Notes under the pieces: model-generated | Databases searched by the model: none | Told to the model about the DNA's origin: nothing | The model's input: the letters and a program-made list of their open reading frames with translations, nothing else | Translations under genes and position numbers: made by a program | Shown here: positions 28,164 through 38,811 of the stretch, one piece after another | Numbering within the stretch: the first letter of the stretch is position 1 | Layout: every line of letters starts with the position of its first letter | DNA from: an uncultured Candidatus Cloacimonadota bacterium | GTDB lineage: Bacteria; Cloacimonadota; Cloacimonadia; Cloacimonadales; JAJBBL01 | DNA: 64,000 nucleotides | Direction: 5' to 3' | NCBI GenBank assembly: GCA_964464175.1 | Contig: CAYXFD010000004.1 | Span: 73,892-137,891, forward strand

Positions 28164-31100
28164 CTACCAGAAGGAAAAAGAACGACGGAAAAATATCTCA
28201 TGAGAGTTTCTTTCGCTTCGAGGCTTAAGATAGAATCTGTAGGCAACTCTTAACCGATAGGGTAAATTGTAATGAAAAGTAATATTATGGTAGATTAGTA
28301 GATCTCTTTCTCCTACCACATCAACTGGTTTTTGCAAAAGAAACTCATAGTCGAGATAGAGATCTTGAGTTACAAATTTTCCCATGGCGATAGAGAGATT
28401 ATTAAGCAGAATATTCTTTCCGAACTGAATGATCTCACTCTCTTCTTCCGGTTCTCTACCCTGTTCGTTAAAACCATAAGTGTTGACCAGGTTTTCAACA
28501 AGACTGGGCTTTATCGAGAAGAAATCAAGTTTTAACAGATGTCTGGTACGGTTAATAAACGGCGAAATAAAGGGATCAACAATAGCTCCTGTAATGCCCA
28601 TCCCGGCAAGTTGCAGGAATTCATCCTGCATCAGAGAGCTTTGTTGAGAACGGGGAATATCTTCTAATCTTCTATTGTAACGTAATTTTGATAGTACATG
28701 CAAGGTGGTTCGGTCTTCGGGGTTATCGGATCTAAGCTGGAATTGCATATTTTCAAAGAAATTTGCCGAACTCCCGTCATGTTCGTTAAAAACATCAAGA
28801 GTAATCAGGCTGCCATCAGAGGCATATTTAAAGAAGACTCCCTTTAGACGATAATCATTTAATTCATAATTTATATAAAAATCGGCATAATCAAGATTAA
28901 AGGTAGTTCCAAACATATCGAGAGAGCCTGATTCAGAAGCGAAGAAAGCATCTTCCGGGATCCATTCATTATTGCGATAAAGCAGTTGGATATAACTATT
29001 GGATAGAAGCTGGAGATTTAGAGGATAGGTCACATAACGTACCTGATTCTCGGCAATGAGTTTCAGATCAAGTTCAAAAGGTAGCGGATCTTCATAAGTT
29101 TCACCTCTTTTTTCTGTAGCTATGTTGATGAGTTTAAATAGATTTTCGGTCTCCGGGGGATAAGTAACAGAGGCATTGGAAAGATAAAGGTCGCCAATGA
29201 TCTTTATATCGTCAAAAGGTCCCGTTATTTCTGCTTCTTCCGAGTTTCTACCTTTTATAACGACTTTTCCGGTAGTATTATGAGGGAAATAAGAGGGGAT
29301 GTGAACTGTAATCCCGTTACTTGTTGATCTGGCATAGAACTGTCCGAGATTGAGCATTCCAAGCATAAAGTCGTTTTCATTATCTTTGATTTCGTTTCTC
29401 AGAAAGAATCTTCCATCACCTATTTTGTTTTCGAAGCGGTTGATACTTAAAAGGTTGTTTTCAATGAGGAATTCCAGATTTATATTTTCTACTCTGTGGA
29501 TCTGGTTTTTAACGAGTAAAGTTCCGTCAGAGAGTGAAAAGTTTCCTTTCATTACAGACAATTCATCTTCTCTGATCCCAAAGAAGACTTCTATATCAGT
29601 GTTGGAGTATCCACTTTCCAAAATAGGAAAACTCTCTGACAGAGCCTTTAACAGGTCACCCTGAAAACGAAAAGCTATCTGGTCCTCAATATCGTAAATG
29701 CGGTTTCTAAAGACATTATACCCGAGATTGCCTTCAATTTTAACAGTAAACAGATCATTATTAACAGCAAAAAATTCACTGATATTAAGAACCTGATCGC
29801 TTTGAAAAGCTGTTAATCTAAGCGTGTCTATTACAACGATAGAAGAATGAGAGCCATTGTGATCGATAAAAAAGTCATTCCAATTGAAACTACAAGCGAG
29901 AGCTTCCAGGGAGATCTCTATGGCATTCTTATTTTCCGTTCTCTGAAAAATCAGTTCAGCGTTGACCAATCCTTCAAGTGATGTGTTCGGCATGATATGA
30001 TTGAGTGGAAGATCTTCAGAATAAGCATGGATATCTGTATCGTAGTATTTATTCAAGACAGTCTCACCGGTAACATTGACTAACGGTGTATCTCCGGTGG
30101 TTTTCAAGGTATTGATATATCTAAGTGTTTCATTTTTAAAACTATTTTGCTCTGCTTCTCTAATTAAGGAAAATTCAACCGCATTATTAAAGGGACCGAG
30201 TTTCTTATAGGAGACATCAGAAGCTGTTACAAAACCGTTAATCTTTTCCGGATATACAACTTGAAGGTCCAAATCGACCTCACCATTAATATAATTTGAT
30301 ATCAATGGTTTGGAAAAATAACTGAAATATTTTGAAAGACTTAGCTTTTGACCATTGAGATCAAGCGTGAAGTTGAGATGGGGTTTGGTTTTCAGCAGCA
30401 ACTCTGCATGCAGTTCCCGATTTAAAGCAAACTCTTCTGTTCTAAGACTGTCTGTTGTTCCTTGAGCACTAAAGGTCAAATGGAAAGGTTCATAGTGATA
30501 GGTTGTATTATCAGTTTCAATACTGATTGAGGAAGTATTGTCATTAAAATCTACAGCTAAAGCAGCCTGTACATTTCCTGCCAGTTCTCCATAAAGAAGG
30601 TTGTACATCCTAATAGCTGCCCGGCTCTGTATGATGTTATCGATGAATGAAAATTCAACACTACCCGATAAATTAGGATAAGACTGTAGGAAACCGGATT
30701 TAGGCAGAAGAATCTCATTTAAACTTAATCCGAAGAGATTTAATTCTGAAGAAACATTTCTCTCAGACAAGTTCCCGAAAGTAGAGAGAGAGAATCTATC
30801 TCCGGACAGAACAGCTTGTAACTCATCATTATTGATAACTGAAGTAAGATCCATCTCCGAGAGAATAAGATAATTGTTTACTATTTTTAGATTGCTGAGA
30901 GTTATTTGAGAGGTAAAATTTTCGCTTTTATATGATAATTCAGCCTTTAAATCAGTCTCAAAGGAAAAGTCGAATAATTGAAAAGCAAGGTTATCATGCA
31001 TAAACTGAAAATTAAGTCCTTCCTTAAAAGTAAAATCACCCTCTCCGGTGACTACATTATTTTGCCACACAGCATTTTCCAATTTGAGGGTAAAAAATCT

Positions 31101-32291
31101 GTCTGAATAATCCGCTGCCAGCCGGAGATCTTCAACGTTTTCCTCGAGAAGAGAGAGAGAGTCGCTGGTAATAATGATCTTTCCCAAAGGGTCAAAGAGA
31201 GAGCCTGAAAATGCCAAAGCGATATCTGCCTTACCGCTAAAGGAGGCATGATATTTCTCAAGAGGTATTCGGTTACAACTGAGTGTTAAATTAATCTCAG
31301 GTTCATTGAGAATATTACGAAGTTCCAGATCAAAAACCGTTCTGTTATCATCGATAAAAAGATTGTCCGAATGGAAGAACCAACGGTCTCCTAATGAGAA
31401 CAATTCTATCTGTTCTCCTTGGAATTCTTTATCAAGATAACTACCTGATATATCCCGTATCATTCCGTCTAACCAAAAGACTTTGCCGTCAAAATTCCCT
31501 TCCATCTCTATCAGAAGATCAAGTTCATCCAAGAATTTCAAGCTCAACTCAGTAGGACGATAGTCGTGTAACATAAAGGATGCTGCGATCAATTCTTCAT
31601 TTTGTAGTTCAATTTCTGCTGAAAGTGCCGGCAGAACCGGTTGCTTATCTGCAGGTTCAAGATAGGATAAAGCCTGGGCTCTTTTCTCTGCTTCTTCACT
31701 ATTCGCAGCAATTTTCTCCCTTCTTAAATTAAGAGAGACCAGTGTTTTCTCGTTATTGATAATTTGAAGATCAAAATCGGGAAAGATATCTGTATAACTG
31801 ACTTGAGTGTCATTGTAATGGATTACTAATTCTCCCTGGACGACATTAAGGTTTTCAAAATAATCGCTAATATCTGGTATAGACGGTATTTGAAAATCGA
31901 AACCCTTAGTGGTAGTGAAATCGTTTTGAGGAGGATCAGTAATGCGAAGAGTTAGTTTTGGTTCGATGATCGAGATAGTCTCTACTGCTTTGGAAAGCTT
32001 AAAATTGGAAAAGATTATTTGCAGGAGGTTATAGTTAAAGTAGATATGCGAGACATTTAGACTGAAGTTGTTATTCTTATCGATAATCTCAATGTCGGCT
32101 AAATGGAGTTGTTTGTCACTTAAGGTCAAACTTCCTATCGCTGTGACTGTATCAAACCGCCCGTCAATATAGGAGGTTATTTGTTCAATAATCTTAACAT
32201 CATAGCGAGTAAAACGGGTGATAAGATAAAAAGAGATATTGATTAGAAACAGAATTCCTAAGAGAATGAACAACCATCTTTTGTTCTTCAC
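28164..32291 (-). CDS. Large inner-membrane-anchored envelope protein, TamB/AsmA-like
   Basis: 1375 aa with a single N-terminal anchor (WLFILLGILFLINISFYLI), a long beta-rich body, and a C-terminus ...RVAYRFYLKP...FFRRSFSFW reminiscent of the TamB C-terminal domain. No TamA/BamA-like gene adjacent. Confidence 0.55.
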   Translation of the reverse strand: MKNKRWLFILLGILFLINISFYLITRFTRYDVKIIEQITSYIDGRFDTVTAIGSLTLSDKQLHLADIEIIDKNNNFSLNVSHIYFNYNLLQIIFSNFKLSKAVETISIIEPKLTLRITDPPQNDFTTTKGFDFQIPSIPDISDYFENLNVVQGELVIHYNDTQVSYTDIFPDFDLQIINNEKTLVSLNLRREKIAANSEEAEKRAQALSYLEPADKQPVLPALSAEIELQNEELIAASFMLHDYRPTELSLKFLDELDLLIEMEGNFDGKVFWLDGMIRDISGSYLDKEFQGEQIELFSLGDRWFFHSDNLFIDDNRTVFDLELRNILNEPEINLTLSCNRIPLEKYHASFSGKADIALAFSGSLFDPLGKIIITSDSLSLLEENVEDLRLAADYSDRFFTLKLENAVWQNNVVTGEGDFTFKEGLNFQFMHDNLAFQLFDFSFETDLKAELSYKSENFTSQITLSNLKIVNNYLILSEMDLTSVINNDELQAVLSGDRFSLSTFGNLSERNVSSELNLFGLSLNEILLPKSGFLQSYPNLSGSVEFSFIDNIIQSRAAIRMYNLLYGELAGNVQAALAVDFNDNTSSISIETDNTTYHYEPFHLTFSAQGTTDSLRTEEFALNRELHAELLLKTKPHLNFTLDLNGQKLSLSKYFSYFSKPLISNYINGEVDLDLQVVYPEKINGFVTASDVSYKKLGPFNNAVEFSLIREAEQNSFKNETLRYINTLKTTGDTPLVNVTGETVLNKYYDTDIHAYSEDLPLNHIMPNTSLEGLVNAELIFQRTENKNAIEISLEALACSFNWNDFFIDHNGSHSSIVVIDTLRLTAFQSDQVLNISEFFAVNNDLFTVKIEGNLGYNVFRNRIYDIEDQIAFRFQGDLLKALSESFPILESGYSNTDIEVFFGIREDELSVMKGNFSLSDGTLLVKNQIHRVENINLEFLIENNLLSINRFENKIGDGRFFLRNEIKDNENDFMLGMLNLGQFYARSTSNGITVHIPSYFPHNTTGKVVIKGRNSEEAEITGPFDDIKIIGDLYLSNASVTYPPETENLFKLINIATEKRGETYEDPLPFELDLKLIAENQVRYVTYPLNLQLLSNSYIQLLYRNNEWIPEDAFFASESGSLDMFGTTFNLDYADFYINYELNDYRLKGVFFKYASDGSLITLDVFNEHDGSSANFFENMQFQLRSDNPEDRTTLHVLSKLRYNRRLEDIPRSQQSSLMQDEFLQLAGMGITGAIVDPFISPFINRTRHLLKLDFFSIKPSLVENLVNTYGFNEQGREPEEESEIIQFGKNILLNNLSIAMGKFVTQDLYLDYEFLLQKPVDVVGERDLLIYHNITFHYNLPYRLRVAYRFYLKPRSERNSHEIFFRRSFSFW

Positions 32292-32355
32292 AGACTAATC
32301 TCCCGAATCATGATCAATATAAGCAACCTCAATTATGTTCTCTATCTTCTGAAAC

Positions 32356-33042
32356 TCACTGTTTAGTCAATCTACCCTTTTCCAAAACGTAATGAGTATC
32401 CATTTTATTGGCGATTTCCAGATTATGAGTAACGATAATGAAGGAACAATTCTCTGCTTCATTTAGTTGTATAATCAGATCAATGATCTCATCACTATGA
32501 CGAGGATCAAGATTTCCCGTTGGCTCATCAGCAAGGACTATTTCAGGTTTATTTATCAAAGCCCTGGCTACAGCTACCCGTTGTTGTTCTCCACCGCTCA
32601 ATTGATTAGGATATTGATTAAAATGCTTTTTCAGATCGACTTTTTCTAAGAGTTCTTTGGCAATCTTCAGACTCTCTTTCCAATTTCCGGAGGCAATGAA
32701 ATGAGGGATAGCGACATTCTCGCAGGCAGAGAAGTCTTCTAACAGATAATGAAACTGAAAAACAAAACCGATAGTCCTGTTGCGGAATAGAGCAAGCTGC
32801 TTGTGCTGAAAATCGATTTTATAGCCAGAGTAGTAAATATCACCACTATCGGGTCTATCCAGAATTCCTAAAAGATGCAATAAGGTGCTTTTACCACAAC
32901 CTGACTCTCCGGTTATAGCAACGGTTTCTTTTTCTTCAACGGAAAGGTAAGTCCCTTGTAATACATCCAAAATTTTACCGGCATCCCGGTATGATTTGAA
33001 TAGTTTTTTCGCTTCTAATAGTGCCATATTCTCCTCGATCAA
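32356..33042 (-). CDS. lolD: Lipoprotein-releasing system ATP-binding protein (MacB/LolD-type ABC ATPase)
   Basis: Walker [10 protein letters not shown], signature LSGGEQQR, Walker [12 protein letters not shown]. 4-nt overlap with the permease gene. Confidence 0.8.
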   Translation of the reverse strand: MIEENMALLEAKKLFKSYRDAGKILDVLQGTYLSVEEKETVAITGESGCGKSTLLHLLGILDRPDSGDIYYSGYKIDFQHKQLALFRNRTIGFVFQFHYLLEDFSACENVAIPHFIASGNWKESLKIAKELLEKVDLKKHFNQYPNQLSGGEQQRVAVARALINKPEIVLADEPTGNLDPRHSDEIIDLIIQLNEAENCSFIIVTHNLEIANKMDTHYVLEKGRLTKQ

Positions 33043-34283
33043 CCACTACGAATTGTCTCGATTATCGTTAACTGTGTGATTTTTTTCATAGCAAACATCG
33101 CTGCCCAGAGAGCAATGAGAAGTGATATAGCCATGATAAGGACTATAGTTGCTATATCAGGGGTTATCGAAAACTGCTCTATGAAGTAAACATCTCCCTT
33201 CAAAGCCAGATGGGTCTGTTTTGTTAAAAAATATGCGAGTAGAAATCCGCAACCAATGCCGCAAAAAATAGCCAATAGACTCAACAGTGTTGTCTTGCTG
33301 AGAAAGAAGTAACTTATGAGCTTATTGCTACACCCGACAGCCTTTAAAATACCGATCTCTTTCTTTTTTTCCAGGATGGTAGTAGTAGTATTGCTGATGA
33401 TGTTAAAGGAGGCGATCAGTACCAAGAAACTCAGAATAATTGCTATGACCCATTTCTGTAGGGTTAACATTGTAAAGAGATTGCTGTTGAAATCTATCCA
33501 GGAATAGATAAGATAGCTATTTTGGAGTTTCATATTCCAGAGATAAGAGAGATAATCAGCCCGCTCCACATTCTCTTCGGTAAGTTTCACCTCTATCATG
33601 TCATAAAGATGATCAGAATCGATTAGCAGGGGGAAAAGGTCTTCATTTAAGAATATGGTTCTGGAGTCTGTATCGTAGATCCCCGAATGAAATACCCCTT
33701 TAACGTTAACAGTGACTTCCCCCATCTTCAAGCCAAACATTGTGTACTGCATATTTACGGGAGTTATCAGAGTAATCTGATCTCCGGGTTCGATTTGTAA
33801 CTGATGGGCTAAGACGGAGCCGATGACGGCATCACTATGACCTGTCAATTCTCCGCTGCCCCGTGATATATAACGATGGTAATTGATCGGGAGTTCATCC
33901 TTATCCCATTCTATGCTTCTGGCGATTACCCCTTTAACCTGATCTTTACCCAGTGCCATGACTTGGGCGATCATTACCGGAGAAAAAGAAGCAACTTCAG
34001 GCTCTGTACTCAGAAAAACGGTGAGTTCTCTGATATCCTGATCGCTCAGCTTATCTGACTCAAATCCATAAAGATATACATGGGCGTTGACTCCGAGTAG
34101 TCCTTCTTTGAGGGTATTCTGGTATCCATTCAATAGGGTCAAAGCCGCGGTTAGGATAGCTACAGAGAGAGCAAAACCTCCGAAAGAAATCAGGGTAGCC
34201 GGTTTTCTAAACTGCTTTTTGTTGAGTCTCAAAGAGTTTCTGACTAAGAAAAGAAGTAATCTGACTTTTTTTTTCATGAGCAA
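33039..34283 (-). CDS. Lipoprotein-releasing system permease (LolC/E family, FtsX-type)
   Basis: N-terminal TM, ~230-aa periplasmic domain, C-terminal FtsX-like 3-TM bundle (EIGILKAVGCSN...). Confidence 0.78.
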   Translation of the reverse strand: MLMKKKVRLLLFLVRNSLRLNKKQFRKPATLISFGGFALSVAILTAALTLLNGYQNTLKEGLLGVNAHVYLYGFESDKLSDQDIRELTVFLSTEPEVASFSPVMIAQVMALGKDQVKGVIARSIEWDKDELPINYHRYISRGSGELTGHSDAVIGSVLAHQLQIEPGDQITLITPVNMQYTMFGLKMGEVTVNVKGVFHSGIYDTDSRTIFLNEDLFPLLIDSDHLYDMIEVKLTEENVERADYLSYLWNMKLQNSYLIYSWIDFNSNLFTMLTLQKWVIAIILSFLVLIASFNIISNTTTTILEKKKEIGILKAVGCSNKLISYFFLSKTTLLSLLAIFCGIGCGFLLAYFLTKQTHLALKGDVYFIEQFSITPDIATIVLIMAISLLIALWAAMFAMKKITQLTIIETIRSG

Positions 34284-34744
34284 TATCTCTGATTAGGCAG
34301 GTTATTATGGATAAAAAACCTGTAAAGTTCTTTTCTTCCCAAAGCTAACAAACCCAAAACAACTGATGTGTCAGCAGTAAACAAAGTCAAGAAGCAAAAT
34401 AAACCCGGAACAGTAACATCTACAAATAGCCGAGACAACATTTCCGTTGAGGTTATTGAATGTAGATACCATTTTGACCGAAGCTTGCTAAGATTAATCT
34501 GGAGATATAGACGGTCCCTGTAAGCTCAGTATATAAAAAATCAGGCTTGCTGCTCGTCTGATTAACCACATTACTCACAAATACTTCGTTAGCCTGCTAA
34601 TTCTTCTTCGACAGGCAACATATTACGAGAGAAACTCTATCGTCAAAAGAGAGAAACCGTTGGAAGTACTGTATCGACTTTTCCATTTAAGCAATCTCTC
34701 TAATAAGATCAAGATATTATCCGCCTAAGGAATAATAGATTTTT

Positions 34745-36547
34745 TTAGAAGAAAAGGTGCCGGTTATCTTCTATCTTTGCCTCTTCCATTAACTCTTGAT
34801 ACCAATCGTTCAAGTGTTGATTGCGTTCCCTTTCGGTCATTTCAGCCAATAACTGATCTTTTCTTTCCTCAAAATCGTCCATATCAGGATGTTCTCTCTT
34901 ATCAACATGGGCAATATAAGCTCCCCGCTCTCCGGTTATCAAGGATGTAAACTCTCCTTCCTCGGAAGCAAGTATTGCTTCATTGAGTTCCTCGACCCGT
35001 CCTATTCTCGGAATACTTCGATCAGCCGTAACGTTTTTGGCTTCGATAATTTCCCATCCTTCCCGGGTTGCAGCAGCAAGAAATTCATCCTGCTCATAAT
35101 TAGCATAAAATTCGGCTGCTTTTTCTTTTGCCAATTCGCGTTTCTTATTCATTTCAACTGCAGATTTAACTCTTCTGCGAACATCTTCCAGTTCGTCATA
35201 TCTTTCGGGTAACTTTTCCGCTAATTGTAAGACGAAAAGGTCTCCGTTGGGGGATTCTTTTATCTCCGGAACAGCTCCAACTCTTTTGTCAAAGGCGAAA
35301 GAAACCAAATCTTCAAATCTACCCAAACCCTGGATAAATTGAGCATTGTCTTCAAATAGTCCTGATTCTTGAACGGTCAGCTCAAAGTCTTCTGCAGCTG
35401 TATTGATTCCTTTCTTGGTCACACTCTGATGAAAGTCAGAAGCTTTGTCGGCAATCTCTAATCTGGTGAGTTCCGAAGCTTCCACACGGAACAGGATATG
35501 ACTTGCTCTTATTTCCTCCGCTCCATCTTCTCCGCTACGTTTATCGGTAACTTTGATAATATGCCAGCCAAATTGCGTATTTACCGGCTCACTGATCTCT
35601 CCAATCTCCATGCTAAAGGCTTTTTCTTCAAATTCGGGAACCATTCTGCCTCTTCCGAAGAAATCCAGATCTCCGCCTTGTTCAGCATTACTGGGATCTT
35701 GAGAGAACTCTCTTGCCATCTCGGCAAAATCAGCTCCCCTTTTAATCTCACCCCAAACTTTGTCAGCAGTTTGTTTTTCCTCTGCCATATCTCTTTCACT
35801 CGGTTCCATAGGGAAACGGACATAATCATAACGAGCACTCGGCTGTCTTTTAAAATCATCTCTGTTCTCATCATAATAGGCTTGAATTTCTTCCTCAGTA
35901 GCCTCGACATCCTTTATCTTATTGGGATCGAAAAAGATAACTTTTGCTTCACCCTTGTTATTCCTTTTGATAAAATCGTCACGGACTTCTTGTTCGGTAA
36001 CAGTAACTTCATTCCTTACTCTCTCTAACAGTATTTCATAAGGCAACTGGTCCCGGATATGATTTTCAAGCCAACTAAGATCCAGGGGTTGACCATTAGG
36101 TGCAATACCGGTAATTAAAGTATTCAGATATAATTCTTGGCTAAAAGATCCATTCTGATGGAAAATATCCGCTTCTCTTATAAACTGTGGCGGCTCATTT
36201 TTGAGTTTGTCAATAACCTGCTCATCGCTGATCCTGATGCGTCTTCTTCTGATTTCCTGATCGAATAGTATTCTCTGAACCAACTGTTGCCAGGTTTGAT
36301 CATTTAACTGCTGTATTACCTGTTCGTCGGGTTGTTCTTCCGGATTCTCAGCCATATAATTCTGATATGTATTCTGTAAATACTGCATGTATTCCTGATA
36401 AGAAATCTTCCTACCGGCAATTCTACCTATATGTGTTGATTGACGGTCAAATAATCCACCGATACCCATTATTGCCATACCGACAATAAAAACAAAGGCA
36501 GTTAAATAGATTATTATCCTCGCCTTCTTTCTGAAAACATCAAGCAT
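34745..36547 (-). CDS. ppiD: Membrane-anchored periplasmic chaperone / parvulin-type peptidyl-prolyl isomerase (PpiD-like)
   Basis: N-terminal anchor [28 protein letters not shown]. Parvulin domain ASHILF...[21 protein letters not shown]...FGWHIIKV. Confidence 0.8.
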   Translation of the reverse strand: MLDVFRKKARIIIYLTAFVFIVGMAIMGIGGLFDRQSTHIGRIAGRKISYQEYMQYLQNTYQNYMAENPEEQPDEQVIQQLNDQTWQQLVQRILFDQEIRRRRIRISDEQVIDKLKNEPPQFIREADIFHQNGSFSQELYLNTLITGIAPNGQPLDLSWLENHIRDQLPYEILLERVRNEVTVTEQEVRDDFIKRNNKGEAKVIFFDPNKIKDVEATEEEIQAYYDENRDDFKRQPSARYDYVRFPMEPSERDMAEEKQTADKVWGEIKRGADFAEMAREFSQDPSNAEQGGDLDFFGRGRMVPEFEEKAFSMEIGEISEPVNTQFGWHIIKVTDKRSGEDGAEEIRASHILFRVEASELTRLEIADKASDFHQSVTKKGINTAAEDFELTVQESGLFEDNAQFIQGLGRFEDLVSFAFDKRVGAVPEIKESPNGDLFVLQLAEKLPERYDELEDVRRRVKSAVEMNKKRELAKEKAAEFYANYEQDEFLAAATREGWEIIEAKNVTADRSIPRIGRVEELNEAILASEEGEFTSLITGERGAYIAHVDKREHPDMDDFEERKDQLLAEMTERERNQHLNDWYQELMEEAKIEDNRHLFF

Positions 36548-36769
36548 TCCTAAACCTCCTGCATTTAGAACCTATTAGTAGCTAATTCGTAACAAGAATT
36601 TATCAAACCTCTTTTTGTCAATCATAACTTTTATTTCAGAGATCTGAGGTCATTGATTTGAATTGGTAGTACCTAATTTTACTCATGTTCTACCGATGAG
36701 TGTTTGTGGAACGGATGCCAGTGGAGCTTAACTTGGCGGATACCCGAGATGTGTTGCAGGTAAAGAAAA

Positions 36770-36792
36770 AAGCCCGCCTAAGACGGGCTTTT
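36770..36792 (-). terminator. Rho-independent terminator of the RHH gene
   Basis: Minus strand AAGCCCG-TCTTAGG-CGGGCTT followed by a T-run (TTTTTT), ~20 nt after the stop at 36814. Confidence 0.75.
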
Positions 36793-36813
36793 AAAGGTTA
36801 AACGGTTTGATTA

Positions 36814-37029
36814 TTAATCGAACTTTTTCTGGAAGTTCTTCATAGTAGTTTGATGTTTCTTTATCAGATCATCGATAGCTTCTCTACCTAATTCTTCCAG
36901 TTTCATTCTCTTTATGGCTGCTATCGTTTTAAAGGTAGCAACTGTGTCGTCATCTAATCTAAAAGTCAGACGACTCGCTTTGGATTCATCAAATTCTTGA
37001 ATCTCTTTCTTTTTTCTTCCTCTTGCCAT
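36814..37029 (-). CDS. Small ribbon-helix-helix (CopG/Arc-like) DNA-binding protein
   Basis: 71 aa with a basic N-terminus MARGRKKK, a beta-strand RLTFRLDDDTVATFKTIAA, then two helices. Has its own terminator and no partner gene. Confidence 0.55.
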   Translation of the reverse strand: MARGRKKKEIQEFDESKASRLTFRLDDDTVATFKTIAAIKRMKLEELGREAIDDLIKKHQTTMKNFQKKFD

Positions 37030-37454
37030 AATTCACCTCTCTTACGACAATGATAGACCATGAAGTGATGCTTCATGATGAAATCACGATGTCATTGTAT
37101 TTAACTTTTCTATCAGAATTATATATAACTTTGTCAATTGGAAACATAGGTATATATTGATTGATTAGTGAAATGGAAGTTTGAACAATGAACTAAATGC
37201 TTGCATAGCAGGGAATAGCAAAATATGAGCAGCGTTCATAAAAGTGAAAAAGATTGTCACAAAAGGACTATTAAGTAAACAAGCTTTTTGGGATGCTTTG
37301 ATGGTAAAATGAATAAACTTGACCTGAGACAACGGAGAGTTTTTTTTGTAGATATTTTTGTTAATCAGTCAAGAAAGTCAATAAAGAGTAAGCGCATGGT
37401 TACAACGAAGAGGAGATAATCTATTAGAAACAGTTTTTTCAGTAAAGGTGAAGA

Positions 37455-38807
37455 ATGGACAGAGAATTAACGACTCAAGACATCATACAAGTTCTCTCCA
37501 GTTATAGTGCAGAGCATTTGAAGGATCTCATAGTAGATATTCATCCTGTAGATATTTTAGAAGCTATTCTTGAATATGAAGGCGATAAAAGAGAACTAAT
37601 TAACAAGCTCTCTCTTGATACTGTTGTCGCAATACTGGAACGTGCTGCGGATGAGGATAAGTATTTACTATATACTCTTCTTTCCGAATCACAACAGAAG
37701 CAGATGCTGCGTGAGATGGCCTCCGATGAGTTAGTTGACTTTTTAGAGTCGGTGGAACCAGAAAAAGCAGAGTCTATTTTCAAGAAATTAGATAAAGATG
37801 ATGCTGCTGAAGTAAAGCGATTGATGGGTTATGGACCGGAGACTGCCGGTGGTATTATGGTGACCGAGTTCATGGCAGTGAAATCCGACATGACGATCTG
37901 GGATGTTTTACATCTGCTCCAAAAGGAGGGGAAGGAAGCTGAAACGATAAGTACCCTATATGTGCTTGATGAACAGGATGTATTAACGGGAGCTGTTTCG
38001 CTTCATGAGATAGTGGTTAGTGATTTCAAAACAAAGATATCTGATATAATGAACGAAAAAGTGATCAGCGTGACAACTGATGTGGATCAGGAAGAAGTAG
38101 GGAGAATTTTTCAAAGATATGGTTTTGCCAGTGTTCCGGTAGTCGATCAAAAGGATCAAATGCAGGGAGTCATTACCTCAGACGATATTATGGAAGTTTT
38201 GAGGGAAGAGAATACCGAAGACTTTGAGAAAATGGCTGCTTTGATGCCTCATGAAGAGGACTACCTTGACACAAGTGTCTTTAATTTAGCAAAGAAGAGA
38301 ATTACCTGGTTACTGATCTTAATGATATCTGCGACTTTTACCGGCTTGATAATCCAGGGATTTGAAGATGCCCTTAGTGCGGTAGTTCTCTTAGCTGCTT
38401 TCATCCCGATGCTTATGGATACAGGGGGTAATGCCGGAGCCCAGGCTGCAACTCTTGTTATCAGAGGAATGGCAGTCGGTGAAGTTACGGTAAAGGATTT
38501 CTATTTAGTATTGTCGAAGGAGTTTCGGGTCAGTATCATTGTAGGTTTAATTTTGGCGTTATTCAATTTCATCCGAATAATGTTGTTAGACAGACCAGGT
38601 TTTCTTTTAGCCCTTACGGTCTCAATCGCTCTGTTTTGTACAGTCGTAATAGCCAAGGCAGTCGGATGCATTCTGCCGATATTTGCTAAGAGTTTAAAAG
38701 TAGATCCGGCATTGATGGCAGCCCCTATCATCACGACTATAGTCGATGCTCTTTCTCTGATTATCTATTTTTCCTTAGCAACGTTTATATTACAGATACC
38801 CGCCTAA
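37455..38807 (+). CDS. mgtE: Magnesium transporter MgtE
   Basis: N-domain, CBS pair (IMVTEFMAV...; VPVVDQKDQMQGVITSDDI), TM domain with MDTGGNAGAQAATLVIRG. Confidence 0.92.
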   Translation: MDRELTTQDIIQVLSSYSAEHLKDLIVDIHPVDILEAILEYEGDKRELINKLSLDTVVAILERAADEDKYLLYTLLSESQQKQMLREMASDELVDFLESVEPEKAESIFKKLDKDDAAEVKRLMGYGPETAGGIMVTEFMAVKSDMTIWDVLHLLQKEGKEAETISTLYVLDEQDVLTGAVSLHEIVVSDFKTKISDIMNEKVISVTTDVDQEEVGRIFQRYGFASVPVVDQKDQMQGVITSDDIMEVLREENTEDFEKMAALMPHEEDYLDTSVFNLAKKRITWLLILMISATFTGLIIQGFEDALSAVVLLAAFIPMLMDTGGNAGAQAATLVIRGMAVGEVTVKDFYLVLSKEFRVSIIVGLILALFNFIRIMLLDRPGFLLALTVSIALFCTVVIAKAVGCILPIFAKSLKVDPALMAAPIITTIVDALSLIIYFSLATFILQIPA

Positions 38808-38811
38808 TAAA

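Noticed and set aside
34284-34744. 461-nt ORF-free gap between ppiD and lolC/E; searched for an ncRNA (6S, RNase P, tmRNA, riboswitch).
   Set aside because: Only weak 6-7-bp hairpins and no conserved RNA motifs I could recognise. Left unannotated; a covariance-model scan would be the decisive test.
37030-37454. Expected an M-box (Mg2+) riboswitch upstream of mgtE.
   Set aside because: I found nothing resembling the conserved M-box core as I remember it. A covariance-model search (Rfam Mg_sensor/ykoK) would be needed to exclude it formally.
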